DNA of 64,000 nucleotides from an uncultured Gammaproteobacteria bacterium (GTDB lineage: Bacteria; Patescibacteriota; Patescibacteriia; Magasanikbacterales; GWA2-37-8), in contig CAZQUL010000001.1 in assembly GCA_964596525.1 (NCBI GenBank), positions 806,509 through 870,508 of the forward strand. Direction: 5' to 3'. How positions within the stretch are numbered: the first letter of the stretch is position 1; every line of letters starts with the position of its first letter. The position numbers and the translations under genes were made by a program. The notes under the pieces were generated by a model. That model made no database searches. It saw only the letters and a list, made by a program, of their open reading frames with translations, and was not told the DNA's origin. Below, one piece after another: positions 35,932 to 47,304 of this stretch.

Positions 35932-37365
35932 TCAGCGCAGCACGATGCTCATGGCGATGATCCAGAGCACGTACACGATGACGGTGCGCAGCATGAGCGG
36001 GATCGCCGCTCGCCTCCAGGCGCTTGATTCGACCTGGAGGGCTGCGCGAATCGGGAAGTTGGGAATGTTCCCGGGTGGGGTGAGCGTGCCGCCGAAGAGC
36101 GCCGCGAGCATGATGGCGATGATGATGATCGTCGCCGCCGCCATGCTCAGCTTCCCGTTCGCGATGAGCGGCACTACCAAGGCCGCGAAGACCTTGGTGA
36201 TGAGTGCATTGTCGGCGTACCCCGATGCCGGCGCTGCCACCAGAAAGAAGAGCGCGGCGACGGCCAGCGTGGGCAGGTCGAGGGGGATGAACCCTGCAGC
36301 CCAGCTCACGAAGGGCGCCCCCACGGTTCCGATCACGTCGAGAGCGGCGAGAAGGGCGGCGAGGACGATCGGCTCCCACTTGGCCTTGGTGCGGTCCTCG
36401 AGCACCTTGTGCGGCAGATTGTCGTGGCGAGGGAAGCGGCTGCGCGAGATGAAGTAGTTGGCGATGCCCGTTGCCGCATCGACGAGGGCGAGAAGGATGT
36501 TCTCGCTGATCGCGATGTGGGCGGTGATCATGATGCCGAGGTGCAGGAGGGGCAGTGCCATCTTGTCCGAGAAGCCGAAGGGCTTGAGGATCGGGTACCG
36601 AGCCTCTTCCTTCATGAGGCTGAGCGCGCCCCGACTCGTGAAGAGCACGTAGATGAAGCAGGGGAGCCCGACGAGGGCCAGATAGGTCCCCAGCCCCCAG
36701 CCAAAGCTCGTCTGGAGCACACCCCAGACGATGATGACCGGGGGTGCGACGTACGGCAGGATGCCGTTGCCGCTACCGATGACGGCAGCGAGCTTCACCG
36801 CGAGCTCCGCGCGCTTGTCGGAGCGCACGCGCTCCTCGAGATACTTGACGAGCACCACGCTCGCCGCTGGCCCCATGAGGCTGGCCATGAGGCCACCTCC
36901 GACGAGAACGAGCCATAGGCCGCCGACATACTCGAGTGCCCGCAGGATGGGCTGCGTGTGGGGGGCGGCGATGCGAGCGGCCGCGAGAATGCCGAGCAGT
37001 GCCAGGCAGTTGTACACGACGGACGCATGGATGAGGAAGTGGCCCGTCGAGATGAAGACCGCGCCAAGCGCGATCACGCCGACGGCGATGCCGGCGTACT
37101 CACCCTCATCGGTGGTCTTGTGCAGAAAACGGATGAGGGACTTGTGCTCGCGCAGCCAGGTGCGAGGGCGGCCGATGATCATGAGGTCCGCCTTGGCGAA
37201 CCCGAGCATGGCAGCGATCGCGGCCAGGAGGAGAAGTCCTCCGCTTACGACCGCGCTTCCATGCGTGAGCTGCACGGCGAGAAACGCTACGAGGCACAGA
37301 ATCCCGAGATAGCACTCGAGGATTGCCTCCTTAACTCCAACCAGTGCATTGTCCTTGTGCGACAT
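35932..37365 (-). CDS. IT-superfamily (NhaD/ArsB/CitM-like) secondary transporter, GC-rich
   Basis: Many TM helices; SGYADNA and LFGGTLTPPGNIPNF hairpin motifs; GGGAGGG SD. Confidence 0.75.
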   Translation of the reverse strand: MSHKDNALVGVKEAILECYLGILCLVAFLAVQLTHGSAVVSGGLLLLAAIAAMLGFAKADLMIIGRPRTWLREHKSLIRFLHKTTDEGEYAGIAVGVIALGAVFISTGHFLIHASVVYNCLALLGILAAARIAAPHTQPILRALEYVGGLWLVLVGGGLMASLMGPAASVVLVKYLEERVRSDKRAELAVKLAAVIGSGNGILPYVAPPVIIVWGVLQTSFGWGLGTYLALVGLPCFIYVLFTSRGALSLMKEEARYPILKPFGFSDKMALPLLHLGIMITAHIAISENILLALVDAATGIANYFISRSRFPRHDNLPHKVLEDRTKAKWEPIVLAALLAALDVIGTVGAPFVSWAAGFIPLDLPTLAVAALFFLVAAPASGYADNALITKVFAALVVPLIANGKLSMAAATIIIIAIMLAALFGGTLTPPGNIPNFPIRAALQVESSAWRRAAIPLMLRTVIVYVLWIIAMSIVLR

Positions 37366-37445
37366 CGTTTTTCCCTCCCTTTATTCATGTTGTCAATGTC
37401 CGATGCGTTCCTTCGCCTGCGTTTTTTTCACAAGCGAATCGCAGT

Positions 37446-37474
37446 AGTTTATGTCTTTTTTCCTTCTTTGTCAA
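37446..37474 (-). promoter_or_regulatory. Sigma70-type promoter
   Basis: TTGACA-N17-TAAACT. Confidence 0.65.
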
Positions 37475-37505
37475 GAGCAAAATCCCTTTTATAATTCGAC
37501 GTGCA

Positions 37506-37542
37506 ACAAAAAAACAGACCGGGAAAAGGCCTGTTTTTTTGT
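37506..37542 (-). terminator. Terminator of the atp operon
   Basis: ACAAAAAAACAG..CTGTTTTTTTGT inverted repeat right after atpC. Confidence 0.7.
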
Positions 37543-37544
37543 GT

Positions 37545-37964
37545 TTAATCCGGTTTTTCTATTTTAATCATTCGTTCAAGCGACGAACGCTGTTCTTCGA
37601 GGTATTTAAGCTGGATCTTGCTCAGTACTTCGGGGTTGGCGAGTTTCGAAAGGACGAATTTCTCGTAATCCTTAATGGTTTCGTAATTAACTTCTTTGCT
37701 ATGGATGCAGTTCTCGACTAGAATTTTTACCTGGTTTTTTTCGTTTTCGACGGTTATGACGCCGTTGCGCATGAGGAACACTTCTTCCCGTTCGTCGGTA
37801 ACGCGAACGCGCGTTTTGGAGAAGAGAATGCTCGCGATGAGCGGTGCGTGCCCGGCAAACACTTCCATGTCACCGAGCTCATTATGGAGAAGAACGGATT
37901 TGACCGGCTCATTGAACATGATGCCGAGTGGCGTCTCGATGCTTAGGTTAAAGGTAGCGGACAT
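37545..37964 (-). CDS. atpC: ATP synthase epsilon subunit
   Basis: L.I.TP.G...G.M.V..GHAPLI; last gene of the operon. Confidence 0.9.
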   Translation of the reverse strand: MSATFNLSIETPLGIMFNEPVKSVLLHNELGDMEVFAGHAPLIASILFSKTRVRVTDEREEVFLMRNGVITVENEKNQVKILVENCIHSKEVNYETIKDYEKFVLSKLANPEVLSKIQLKYLEEQRSSLERMIKIEKPD

Positions 37965-37975
37965 ACGAAGGCAGG

Positions 37976-39403
<1,428 letters not shown>

Positions 39404-40324
39404 TTAGGTCGCTACTTCTACCGCAGCGCTACCGGCGGCAAGTTCGCAGAGCTGTTGCGTAATGGCAGCCTGGCGTCCCTTGTTGTAAAGAAGTGTCAGG
39501 CTTTTTACCACTTCGTCGGCAGCTTCGGTGGCCTTTTTCATCGCCACCATGCGGCTCGAGTATTCCGAGGCCTTAAACTCGATGAATCCCTGCAGAAAGA
39601 GCATGTGGGCCAGCTGGCGGGCAAGCACTTCAATGACGCGCTCGGTGTCTGGTTCAAAGATTATTTCCTGATCAAGAGCCTCCGGTTTTTTGGCTGACGG
39701 GGTTTTGAGACCGTATTCTTTCCAGCGCAGCTGGTCGGCGATCATTTCTGGTGAGAAGGGGAGGTACTGCTTAATGTTCGGAATCGTGGTGAACGGATTG
39801 ACGTAGTGGGTTGAAACAAGGAAAACCTCGCGCACGTCCGAGCGGTTCCAGAGTTCGAGAATGCTGTCGATAACTTGGAGCGCTTCAAAGGAGTCGGTTT
39901 TTTCCGTTATTTCGGAAAAGTGCCGTTCTACTGGGTAGCCGAGGCGCAAAGCCGTTTCGTACCCTTTTCGGCCGATCGTGAACAAGATCCGTTTATTGAA
40001 CGGCGTCTCTTTCCACGCGGCCGACGAGAAGAGTGTATCGATCATGCGCAGGTTGAGCGAGCCGCACAATCCTTTGTCTGAGGTAATGAAGACGAAGACG
40101 CGTTTGTCGGCTTCGAGCGGGGTCTGCGCGTACGTGAGCTCGCTTACCGACCCGCCGGCCATGCGTAATGCTTCGACAAGACTCCAGGCATAGGTACGGG
40201 CAGCAACCGCTCGTTTTTGGAAGGTCTTCATTTTGTTGGCCGCAACAAGCTGCATGGCTTGCGTGATTTTTTGCGTATTCTTCGTGGCCTGGATCTGTTT
40301 TTTGGTTTCGGCAAGAAAGGCCAT
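39404..40324 (-). CDS. atpG: ATP synthase gamma subunit
   Basis: KITQAMQLVAA.K, SDKGLCG, ASEYSSRMVAMK.AT, RQAAITQ; start set at ATG 40324. Confidence 0.96.
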   Translation of the reverse strand: MAFLAETKKQIQATKNTQKITQAMQLVAANKMKTFQKRAVAARTYAWSLVEALRMAGGSVSELTYAQTPLEADKRVFVFITSDKGLCGSLNLRMIDTLFSSAAWKETPFNKRILFTIGRKGYETALRLGYPVERHFSEITEKTDSFEALQVIDSILELWNRSDVREVFLVSTHYVNPFTTIPNIKQYLPFSPEMIADQLRWKEYGLKTPSAKKPEALDQEIIFEPDTERVIEVLARQLAHMLFLQGFIEFKASEYSSRMVAMKKATEAADEVVKSLTLLYNKGRQAAITQQLCELAAGSAAVEVAT

Positions 40325-40334
40325 ACGAAGGGCG

Positions 40335-41846
40335 TTAAACAGCGAAGAAAGTTTCGGCGGCTGCCTTGAATCCGGCGGTGATTTCGTCGGAAAGGGCTTT
40401 GTCACGCTCGATGGCGCTGACGGTGCCGGCGTGCGATGCCTTGAAGAATTCGAGGAACGCTTCGAGTTTAGCCTGCACATCGGCGACCGGCAAGGCGTCG
40501 AGGTAGCCGTTCATGGCGGTCCAGAGGATTACGGCTTCTTCCGCGAGGGAACGTGGGCGTAACTGCTTTTGTTTGAGGGCTTCAACGAGGCGTTCGCCGC
40601 GGATAAGCTGCTTTTTCGATGTCGCGTCGAGTTCGGAAGCGAACTGCGAGAAGGCTGCCAATTCGTAGTATTGGGCCAAATCGAGCTTGATCGTACCGGA
40701 AAGTTTTTTGATGATCTTGGTTTGCGCTGCCGAACCGACGCGCGATACCGAAATACCGACGTTGATGGCTGGACGGATGCCTTTATAGAATAAGCCGGTT
40801 TCAAGGAAGATCTGACCGTCGGTAATGGAAATTACGTTAGTCGGAACGTAGGCTGAAATGTCACCAGCCTGCGTTTCGATGATCGGGAGAGCGGTGATAG
40901 ATCCGCCGCCGTTCGCGGTGTTGAGTTTGACGGCGCGCTCCAAAAGGCGGGAATGGATATAGAATACATCGCCAGGGAATGCTTCGCGACCCGGCGGTTT
41001 GCGCAAAAGAAGCGACAGTTCGCGGTAAGCGACAGCGTGTTTGGAGAGATCGTCGTAGATGACGAGCACGTCTTTACCTTGTTTGAGGAAAAATTCTGCG
41101 ATAGCAACGCCAGCGTACGGGGCCAGGAATTGCATGACCGCCGGGTCGGACGCCGAAGACGAAACGATCGTCGTGTAGTCCATAGCGCCGGCATCGCTGA
41201 GCGTTTTGATGACCTGAGCGGTTTTGGAATCACGCTGGCCGACAGCTACGTACACGCAGAGCATGTTCTGTCCTTTTTGATTGATGATAGTGTCGAGCGC
41301 GATCGCGGTTTTACCGGTCTGGCGGTCACCGATAATGAGTTCGCGCTGGCCGCGGCCGACTGGAATGAGCGCGTCGATCGCCAAGACGCCGGTTTGCACG
41401 GGCTGTGAAACCGACTCGCGGGCCATAACGCCCGGGGCGATGGTTTCGAGCGGCATGGCGGTGCCTTTTTCGAGTGCTTTGCCGCCGTCGAGTGCTTTGC
41501 CGACCGGTGAAACGACACGGCCCAAAATCTGCTCGCTTACTTTGATAGAGAGCTGTTTGCCGGTCGAGACTGCCGTGAGACCGACGCGCAAATCCGAGGA
41601 GTTGGTCATAGCAACAGCCACATTGATATCGCGGCCGATTTGCACAACGAGCGCTTCGATGCCAATCTCTTCGATTACCACCACTTCACCCATGGCCAGA
41701 CCGGAGATATTGGCAATCTCGATGATATTGTCTTTGGCGGAAACAATAAGGCCGGCTTTTTTAGGAGCCGTAACGTCTACCTTAATCCGCTCGATCGCTT
41801 TATCGATCGAGGAGAGGAGCTGTTTTACATGATCGTTCTGAGCCAT
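40335..41846 (-). CDS. atpA: ATP synthase alpha subunit
   Basis: [37 protein letters not shown]. Confidence 0.99.
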   Translation of the reverse strand: MAQNDHVKQLLSSIDKAIERIKVDVTAPKKAGLIVSAKDNIIEIANISGLAMGEVVVIEEIGIEALVVQIGRDINVAVAMTNSSDLRVGLTAVSTGKQLSIKVSEQILGRVVSPVGKALDGGKALEKGTAMPLETIAPGVMARESVSQPVQTGVLAIDALIPVGRGQRELIIGDRQTGKTAIALDTIINQKGQNMLCVYVAVGQRDSKTAQVIKTLSDAGAMDYTTIVSSSASDPAVMQFLAPYAGVAIAEFFLKQGKDVLVIYDDLSKHAVAYRELSLLLRKPPGREAFPGDVFYIHSRLLERAVKLNTANGGGSITALPIIETQAGDISAYVPTNVISITDGQIFLETGLFYKGIRPAINVGISVSRVGSAAQTKIIKKLSGTIKLDLAQYYELAAFSQFASELDATSKKQLIRGERLVEALKQKQLRPRSLAEEAVILWTAMNGYLDALPVADVQAKLEAFLEFFKASHAGTVSAIERDKALSDEITAGFKAAAETFFAV

Positions 41847-41858
41847 AGAATGCGAAAG

Positions 41859-42467
41859 TTAGGGAAGAGTTGCGTACGAACCGATCTGGCGCGCCCAGCT
41901 GACATCGAATAAGGCACCGTCTTTAAAGATGCGCATGCCACCCAAAAGCGACGAATCAACGGTGAAGGTTATGTAGTAAAGCGCACCTTCTTTGTTGAAA
42001 TGGTCGCGAATGCGGTTTTTTTCTTCGGTAGAGAGGGGGAGAGCGGTTTGAACACGGATCCGCGAAACACCAGGGAAGCGCTCTGTAAAGCGGAGGATTT
42101 CTTTTTCAAGATCCTGTTCGCCGTGGTTGCGCAGTGCTTTTATCACCTCAAGAAGCGAAACTTCGTTTTTATCGGCACTGGAAGCAATGGATAATTCCCT
42201 TACTACGAAGCCCTGAAGAGCCTTAAAGAGGGAAAAATCCGTTGTCGAAAAGCGGCCGGTTGAGACGAATTTAATGAGCCGGATGCTATCTTTGCGCAGA
42301 TCTTCACCTTCAACCGTCGAGAAATACGCGCGGAATGAGTCCGGATATGTTTTCCCTAGGATTTCGTCGATCTTTTTACGGCGCGCTTCGCCGGACGATG
42401 CAAAAACATCGTGGCGGATGAGCGTCTGCAGATCTTTGAGAAGGGCGCTGACCAGCATCCTGAGCAT
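41859..42467 (-). CDS. atpH: ATP synthase delta subunit (divergent N-terminus)
   Basis: C-terminal VQTALPLS...VDSSLLGGMRI...DVS; lies between atpF and atpA. Confidence 0.82.
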   Translation of the reverse strand: MLRMLVSALLKDLQTLIRHDVFASSGEARRKKIDEILGKTYPDSFRAYFSTVEGEDLRKDSIRLIKFVSTGRFSTTDFSLFKALQGFVVRELSIASSADKNEVSLLEVIKALRNHGEQDLEKEILRFTERFPGVSRIRVQTALPLSTEEKNRIRDHFNKEGALYYITFTVDSSLLGGMRIFKDGALFDVSWARQIGSYATLP

Positions 42468-42476
42468 ATTCTCGCG

Positions 42477-42980
42477 TTAAACGGTTTCAGCAAGCTCGTC
42501 CCAGGATTCACGGACGCTCTTTTGAATGGCATCTTTGGGTACTTTGTTCTTGAGTACGTCGGAAACCGTGCGCTCCATGCGGGTAATGATATCCTGCTCA
42601 ACCTCTTTAGTAAGATTGTCTTTGAGAGCCTGAATTTGTTCACGCGCTTCGGCCATGAGGCGTTTGCGGTGCTCCTCGGCCTCAAGAACGAGCTCGCTCG
42701 CACGGCGTTCGGCCTCTACGCGGGCAGCGTTCATCTGCGCTTGCATTTCAGCCATCATTTTCTTGCTTTCCGCGTCGCGGGCTTTCATTTCGTGTTCGAA
42801 TTTTTGTTTAAGATGCTCGGCTTCTTCTAGGTTGCTCTTAATCATTTCGCGGCGTTTGTCGAGGGCGTTCAGAACCGGCTTGTAGACAAATTTGGCGAGG
42901 ATTAAAATGATAATCCCGAAGTTAACGAGGTACATGGCAACACCCATGAGATCGATGCCGAGTTTGCTGAGAACATCCAT
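42477..42980 (-). CDS. atpF: ATP synthase b subunit
   Basis: VNFGII..IL.KFVYKPVL..LDKR then coiled coil. Confidence 0.95.
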   Translation of the reverse strand: MDVLSKLGIDLMGVAMYLVNFGIIILILAKFVYKPVLNALDKRREMIKSNLEEAEHLKQKFEHEMKARDAESKKMMAEMQAQMNAARVEAERRASELVLEAEEHRKRLMAEAREQIQALKDNLTKEVEQDIITRMERTVSDVLKNKVPKDAIQKSVRESWDELAETV

Positions 42981-43015
42981 AGACTCCGTCGCTAAGAATA
43001 AATAGAAAGTTTGTT

Positions 43016-43246
43016 TTAGACGACAAACAGGATGATGAGCGAGATAACGAGGCAGTAAATACCGGTTGATTCACAGATAGCCATGGCTACGACCATGTTC
43101 GGAATGATGTTGTCTTTGACAGCCGGGTTGCGACCGATAGCTTCCATGGCCTTCGACGCCACATTACCTTCGGCGATAGCCGGAGCGATAGAACCGATGC
43201 CCATGCAAATACCTGCAGCGAGCACTTTGAATGCAATTGGATCCAT
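43016..43246 (-). CDS. atpE: ATP synthase c subunit with Na+-binding signature
   Basis: PAIAEG...GRNP...ESTGIY. Confidence 0.96.
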   Translation of the reverse strand: MDPIAFKVLAAGICMGIGSIAPAIAEGNVASKAMEAIGRNPAVKDNIIPNMVVAMAICESTGIYCLVISLIILFVV

Positions 43247-43287
43247 ATGGATTTCCTATTAAATAAATAATAAATTAATACATTATT

Positions 43288-44112
43288 TTAAGCAGCAACC
43301 GGAGCGGGGAGTGCGTTCGCGTTCTTCTTCTCTTCAGCAAGTTCTTCTTCTGAAACAGGGGGCAGCATGCCGGAAATGAACTGGATCGACAGGAGAGTAA
43401 AGACAAGCGCTTGGACAAAACCAGAGAAGATGCTGATGATCATAAAGGGAACTGGAACGATGAAGCGCGTATAGAACGACAAGCTCGAAATGACAAGGAC
43501 AAGAACTTCACCGGCGAAAACGTTACCGAAGAGACGGAACGACATGGAAAGGACTTTAGAAATTTCACCGATAATATCGAGCAGGCCGAGGAAGATTTCG
43601 AGAATGGCATTACCAAAGTCTGCGAAAGAGCGAACCTTGAGCAAAGCTCCCAGCTTAATGTACTTGCCGATATGAGCGAGCGGGGAGTGTTTGAATGAAA
43701 GTATTTGGCCAATGATGATAACGAGCGCAGCCAAGCCCATAGTAAGCATAAGATCGGCGGTGGCGGTGCGCAAAATGGCTGAACCATCAAGTGTAACTTG
43801 ATAGATGAGGGGGAGGGCCGAAAGCTGGTTTGCTACCGTAATAAGTATGAAGAGCGTCATGAGCAGGGGGAAAAACTTGCGGGCGCGTTTTTCACTGCCA
43901 AAAGCTGTTCTTACCTGCTCCATGATGAAGGTGATGATAAATTCCAGAAAAACCTGAAAACGGCCGGGGATAACTTTAACGGCACGCTTGGTGTAAATGG
44001 CTAGCACTATAAGGATGATGGTAATAACTCCCATGGTCACGAAGGAGTTGTAAATCGGAAAGGGCCCAATTTTGGCGAGCGGTGTTGCGGCGAGTGAAAT
44101 GCCAAGATCCAT
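43288..44112 (-). CDS. atpB: ATP synthase a subunit
   Basis: PGRFQ..LE, TADL, SFRLFGNVFAGE, VQALVF..L. Confidence 0.96.
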   Translation of the reverse strand: MDLGISLAATPLAKIGPFPIYNSFVTMGVITIILIVLAIYTKRAVKVIPGRFQVFLEFIITFIMEQVRTAFGSEKRARKFFPLLMTLFILITVANQLSALPLIYQVTLDGSAILRTATADLMLTMGLAALVIIIGQILSFKHSPLAHIGKYIKLGALLKVRSFADFGNAILEIFLGLLDIIGEISKVLSMSFRLFGNVFAGEVLVLVISSLSFYTRFIVPVPFMIISIFSGFVQALVFTLLSIQFISGMLPPVSEEELAEEKKNANALPAPVAA

Positions 44113-44135
44113 ATATACGCGTTAAAAAAACAAAT

Positions 44136-44459
44136 TTACTTAAGATACTCCTTTACGGACATAGTGTCAAGTTCTTTTGCTTCTGGTGATACGGATGATT
44201 CCTTCATTTCCCGTTCGCGCTTGACCATGCGGCGGATAATAATTGTTGGTAAAGGGAAGGAAATGAGGATCAGGATGAAAATAAAAAAGGCTTTCTTATG
44301 AAAGACATAATCAAGCCCATAGCCGATCATTCCAAAAATGCCGATAACGATTGCGTTGACGAGGAAAATTTTGCCTCGCGTTTGCCACGTATAGCCGAGC
44401 ATACCAAACAAAATAATCTTAGCATCACGCATGATAGACGATAATTGATTTTTTGGCAA
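44136..44459 (-). CDS. AtpZ/AtpI-like membrane protein (first gene of the atp operon)
   Basis: IGYGLDYVF.KK.FF motif with two TMs; start may be ATG 44432. Confidence 0.65.
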   Translation of the reverse strand: MPKNQLSSIMRDAKIILFGMLGYTWQTRGKIFLVNAIVIGIFGMIGYGLDYVFHKKAFFIFILILISFPLPTIIIRRMVKREREMKESSVSPEAKELDTMSVKEYLK

Positions 44460-44618
44460 GCCCCCCCATGTTGATGAATTCGATGAGTATTCTTCCTATC
44501 GGAATCGTTTTGCTGTTTATACTTATGTGGATAATCCCTTTTGGGAATATTTTTTTTCTGCTATGATGGAGTCCATTACAGTTTTATTTTTAACCGGAGG
44601 TGCTTTTAATTTAGCTAT

Positions 44619-45359
44619 ATGAACCAATCCGAAACCAAGAAAGGATTCTTGGAGGGACTTACCCCGGGGCAGGCATTACTCTTCGGGTTTTTAGTTTCTC
44701 TCTCTGTGCTGTCCGTGTCGCTTAACATCGTTTTGGGCACCATGCTCGCGCGGCGCGGTAACGCCGTAAGCGCGCCGACTGCCTATGGCGGTGGGGAACA
44801 GTACCCGACAGCAGGAGATCAGCCAATGCAGCCCACGACTCCGCAAACCTTTACGATTACGAAAGACAATCATATCCGCGGCAACTTCAACGCCAAAGTT
44901 ACCCTGGTTGAGTTTTCCGATTTCGAATGTCCGTTTTGCAGCCGTTTCCACCCCACGCTTAAGCAAGTTATGAGCGAATACGGCGATAAAGTCCGCTTGG
45001 TTTACAAGCACTTCCCCTTGAGTTTCCACGCGCAGGCCCAAAAAGCAGCTGAAGCTTCGGAATGCGCTTCTGAGCAAGGTAAATTCTGGGAAATGCATGA
45101 TAAGATTTTTGACAATCAGGAACAGCTTAGCTTGGCATCGCTCAAGCAGTGGGCTCGTGATTTGCGCCTTAATGGTTCTAAATTCGACTCCTGTCTTGAT
45201 ACGGGTAAGTATGCTGGCAAAGTCGCAGCCGATCTCTCCGAGGGTGAGCAGAAAGGTGTAAGCGGCACTCCGGCGACCTTTATCAATGGTCAGATGGTCA
45301 GCGGTGCGGTTTCATACGCCACGCTCAAGCAGATCATCGATGCTGAGCTGGCTAAATAA
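44619..45359 (+). CDS. dsbA: DsbA-family thiol-disulfide oxidoreductase
   Basis: EFSDFECPFC, KHFPL, GVSGTPATFING; N-terminal TM. Confidence 0.93.
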   Translation: MNQSETKKGFLEGLTPGQALLFGFLVSLSVLSVSLNIVLGTMLARRGNAVSAPTAYGGGEQYPTAGDQPMQPTTPQTFTITKDNHIRGNFNAKVTLVEFSDFECPFCSRFHPTLKQVMSEYGDKVRLVYKHFPLSFHAQAQKAAEASECASEQGKFWEMHDKIFDNQEQLSLASLKQWARDLRLNGSKFDSCLDTGKYAGKVAADLSEGEQKGVSGTPATFINGQMVSGAVSYATLKQIIDAELAK

Positions 45360-45374
45360 ATAGTCTAAACTTCA

Positions 45375-45404
45375 GAAAAATCACCGGCATGTCGGTGATT
45401 TTTC
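45375..45404 (+). terminator. Intrinsic terminator
   Basis: GAAAAATCACCG/CGGTGATTTTTC inverted repeat. Confidence 0.75.
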
Positions 45405-45450
45405 GTTTCTAAGGCGTTGTGTTACGATATGCTTATCTTGAAAATATTTT

Positions 45451-45765
45451 ATGAACCATGTTTCTTCGCCATCTCCGCGTGCCAGTACCAGCTCTTTTCT
45501 TTTGTCTCGAAAGGCGGTAATCCTTATGACACTCGGTTTTTTTGTCGCTTTATGGTTGCATTTTTTCTTGGTGCGGGGTGCGATTTTCGATGTTTTCGCC
45601 CCGTATGAACAGCAAGGAGAATATCTGGCTCTTAGAAACGAGCTACTTGATGAAACGACCGTCGGCATGTTCTTCTATGTGCTTCCCTTTTTGGTGCTTG
45701 TTGCGACGATAATGTTTTTGGTCGGGTGGCTTAGAGGCAGGCAATCCAAGATCCATGCTCAATAA
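45451..45765 (+). CDS. Small two-TM hypothetical protein
   Basis: Two hydrophobic helices; flanked by terminators. Confidence 0.6.
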   Translation: MNHVSSPSPRASTSSFLLSRKAVILMTLGFFVALWLHFFLVRGAIFDVFAPYEQQGEYLALRNELLDETTVGMFFYVLPFLVLVATIMFLVGWLRGRQSKIHAQ

Positions 45766-45769
45766 AAAT

Positions 45770-45802
45770 AAAACACGGATACGAGAGGTATCCGTGTTTT
45801 TT
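45770..45802. terminator. Bidirectional terminator
   Basis: AAAACACGGATAC/GTATCCGTGTTTT between convergent genes. Confidence 0.78.
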
Positions 45803-45804
45803 GT

Positions 45805-47169
45805 TTAGCGGCCTTTCATGCCGACAACAATCGAAAGCGTGCGCAGGAGAATGTTGAAATCGAGAATCGGGCCGCGGTGTTTGACGTAGTAGAGGTCGTA
45901 TTCCAGTTTGCGTAGGTTTTCGTTAATCGTGCCATAATACGATTCGCGCACCTGTGCCCAGCCGGTGAGACCGGGTTTGACGAGGTGCCGCAAATGGTAA
46001 AAATGCACCTGATCGCTAATCTGATCCACGAATTCCGGGCGCTCGGGACGCGGACCGATGAAGCCCATATCGCCAGCAAGAATGTTGATGAACTGAGGCA
46101 CTTCATCAAGGCGCGTGCGGCGCAAAAATTTACCAATCATCGTGATACGTGGATCATTGTTGGCTGTGAACTGTGCGCCTTGCGCTTCGGCGCTGCCGTC
46201 TTTGGCCAGCACTTTCATGCTGCGATATTTAACAAGCGTGAAATGCTTCCCGTTGCGTCCTACGCGCACTTGGCGGAAAAAGATGGGGCCAGGTGAGGAC
46301 AATTTAACAGCAAGAGCGATAAACGGGAGCGTGGCTACAAAAATACCGCCAAGCACGATGGCTAAAGGGTAGTCGATGAGCATGCGGAAACGGTCGTAGA
46401 TCTTTTTTTCTTGTTCGCGCAGGTTGGTGAGAAACCAAATGTCAGAGAAGGTGGCAGGTGAGATGCGGCCGGTAATGCTTTCGTAGAAGGTGTAGAATGG
46501 CACGACGGTCAGGTGGTCGAAAATATGCCGGTAAAGTTGTTGGGTGATGGTCCGATCTTCGGTTTTTTGGGGTGAAACGACTATAGTATCTGCGTTTTCT
46601 TGTTTGAGAGCTTCGTCTACGGAGATGTAACGCTTAAGAGGTGGTAGGGTTTCGGCCAGGTCGGTGCCGACTATGCCGACGGGTCGATAGCCGCGTTCTG
46701 GATGATTAAAAAGCGTTGTAATAAGAGTGCTCGTTTCATCGGTTGCGCCCACAAAAAGAATGCGCGTTTGCCACAGAACCGGAAAAACGAACCGGCGGTT
46801 GAACAAGCGCCAGGCGAAAAAAGCCGCAAAAGACAATATGACAGCTAAACCGAGAATCGTTTTAGGAGCGGTTGTGGCTGGGTTGACGAGATAAAAATAC
46901 AGACTGCCGCCCAAAAACGTGGTGATAATACTGAAACCAGTCTTCTTGATGAGTAACAAGGTATTTCGGAATGTGGCCAGATCATAAAAACCACCTACAA
47001 ACATACCGATTACCGTACCGGTGAAAATAGCGGTGAGGTGGGGGAGGAGTGCTTCATACTCACCTACGATTGAACCGGTGCGGCCACGCAGGAGGAGTGC
47101 TAGAAACCAAAAACCGTACCAAAAAAAACAATCACCGACGAGGATGAGAAGTTGTTTGAAGCGATACAT
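45805..47169 (-). CDS. Polyprenyl-phosphate glycosylphosphotransferase (WcaJ/WbaP-like priming sugar transferase)
   Basis: GPIFFRQ.RVG, KYRSM, DPRIT..G.FLR.TRLDEVPQ, GPRPERP, KPGLTGWAQV, YDLYY. Confidence 0.95.
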   Translation of the reverse strand: MYRFKQLLILVGDCFFWYGFWFLALLLRGRTGSIVGEYEALLPHLTAIFTGTVIGMFVGGFYDLATFRNTLLLIKKTGFSIITTFLGGSLYFYLVNPATTAPKTILGLAVILSFAAFFAWRLFNRRFVFPVLWQTRILFVGATDETSTLITTLFNHPERGYRPVGIVGTDLAETLPPLKRYISVDEALKQENADTIVVSPQKTEDRTITQQLYRHIFDHLTVVPFYTFYESITGRISPATFSDIWFLTNLREQEKKIYDRFRMLIDYPLAIVLGGIFVATLPFIALAVKLSSPGPIFFRQVRVGRNGKHFTLVKYRSMKVLAKDGSAEAQGAQFTANNDPRITMIGKFLRRTRLDEVPQFINILAGDMGFIGPRPERPEFVDQISDQVHFYHLRHLVKPGLTGWAQVRESYYGTINENLRKLEYDLYYVKHRGPILDFNILLRTLSIVVGMKGR

Positions 47170-47304
47170 ACATGGTATAGTATAGCACTTATAGTACTCT
47201 TTTTGGCTAAAAAAACAAGCACTGCACCCTCGGTACCCTAAGCCGGATATGGTATTATGAGTTTATACCTTTTTTAACCTACCTACCTTGGCTTTTTACA
47301 TCGT

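Noticed and set aside
39404-40480. 358-aa N-terminally extended AtpG from the ORF track
   Set aside because: The extension overlaps atpA; homology starts at ATG 40324. Starts were similarly trimmed for era, cysS, tkt, the coupling ATPase and the island genes.
44526-44534. Perfect DnaA box (TGTGGATAA) as a possible oriC
   Set aside because: A single box with no cluster and no dnaA/dnaN nearby; at most regulatory. The same applies to 19974-19982.
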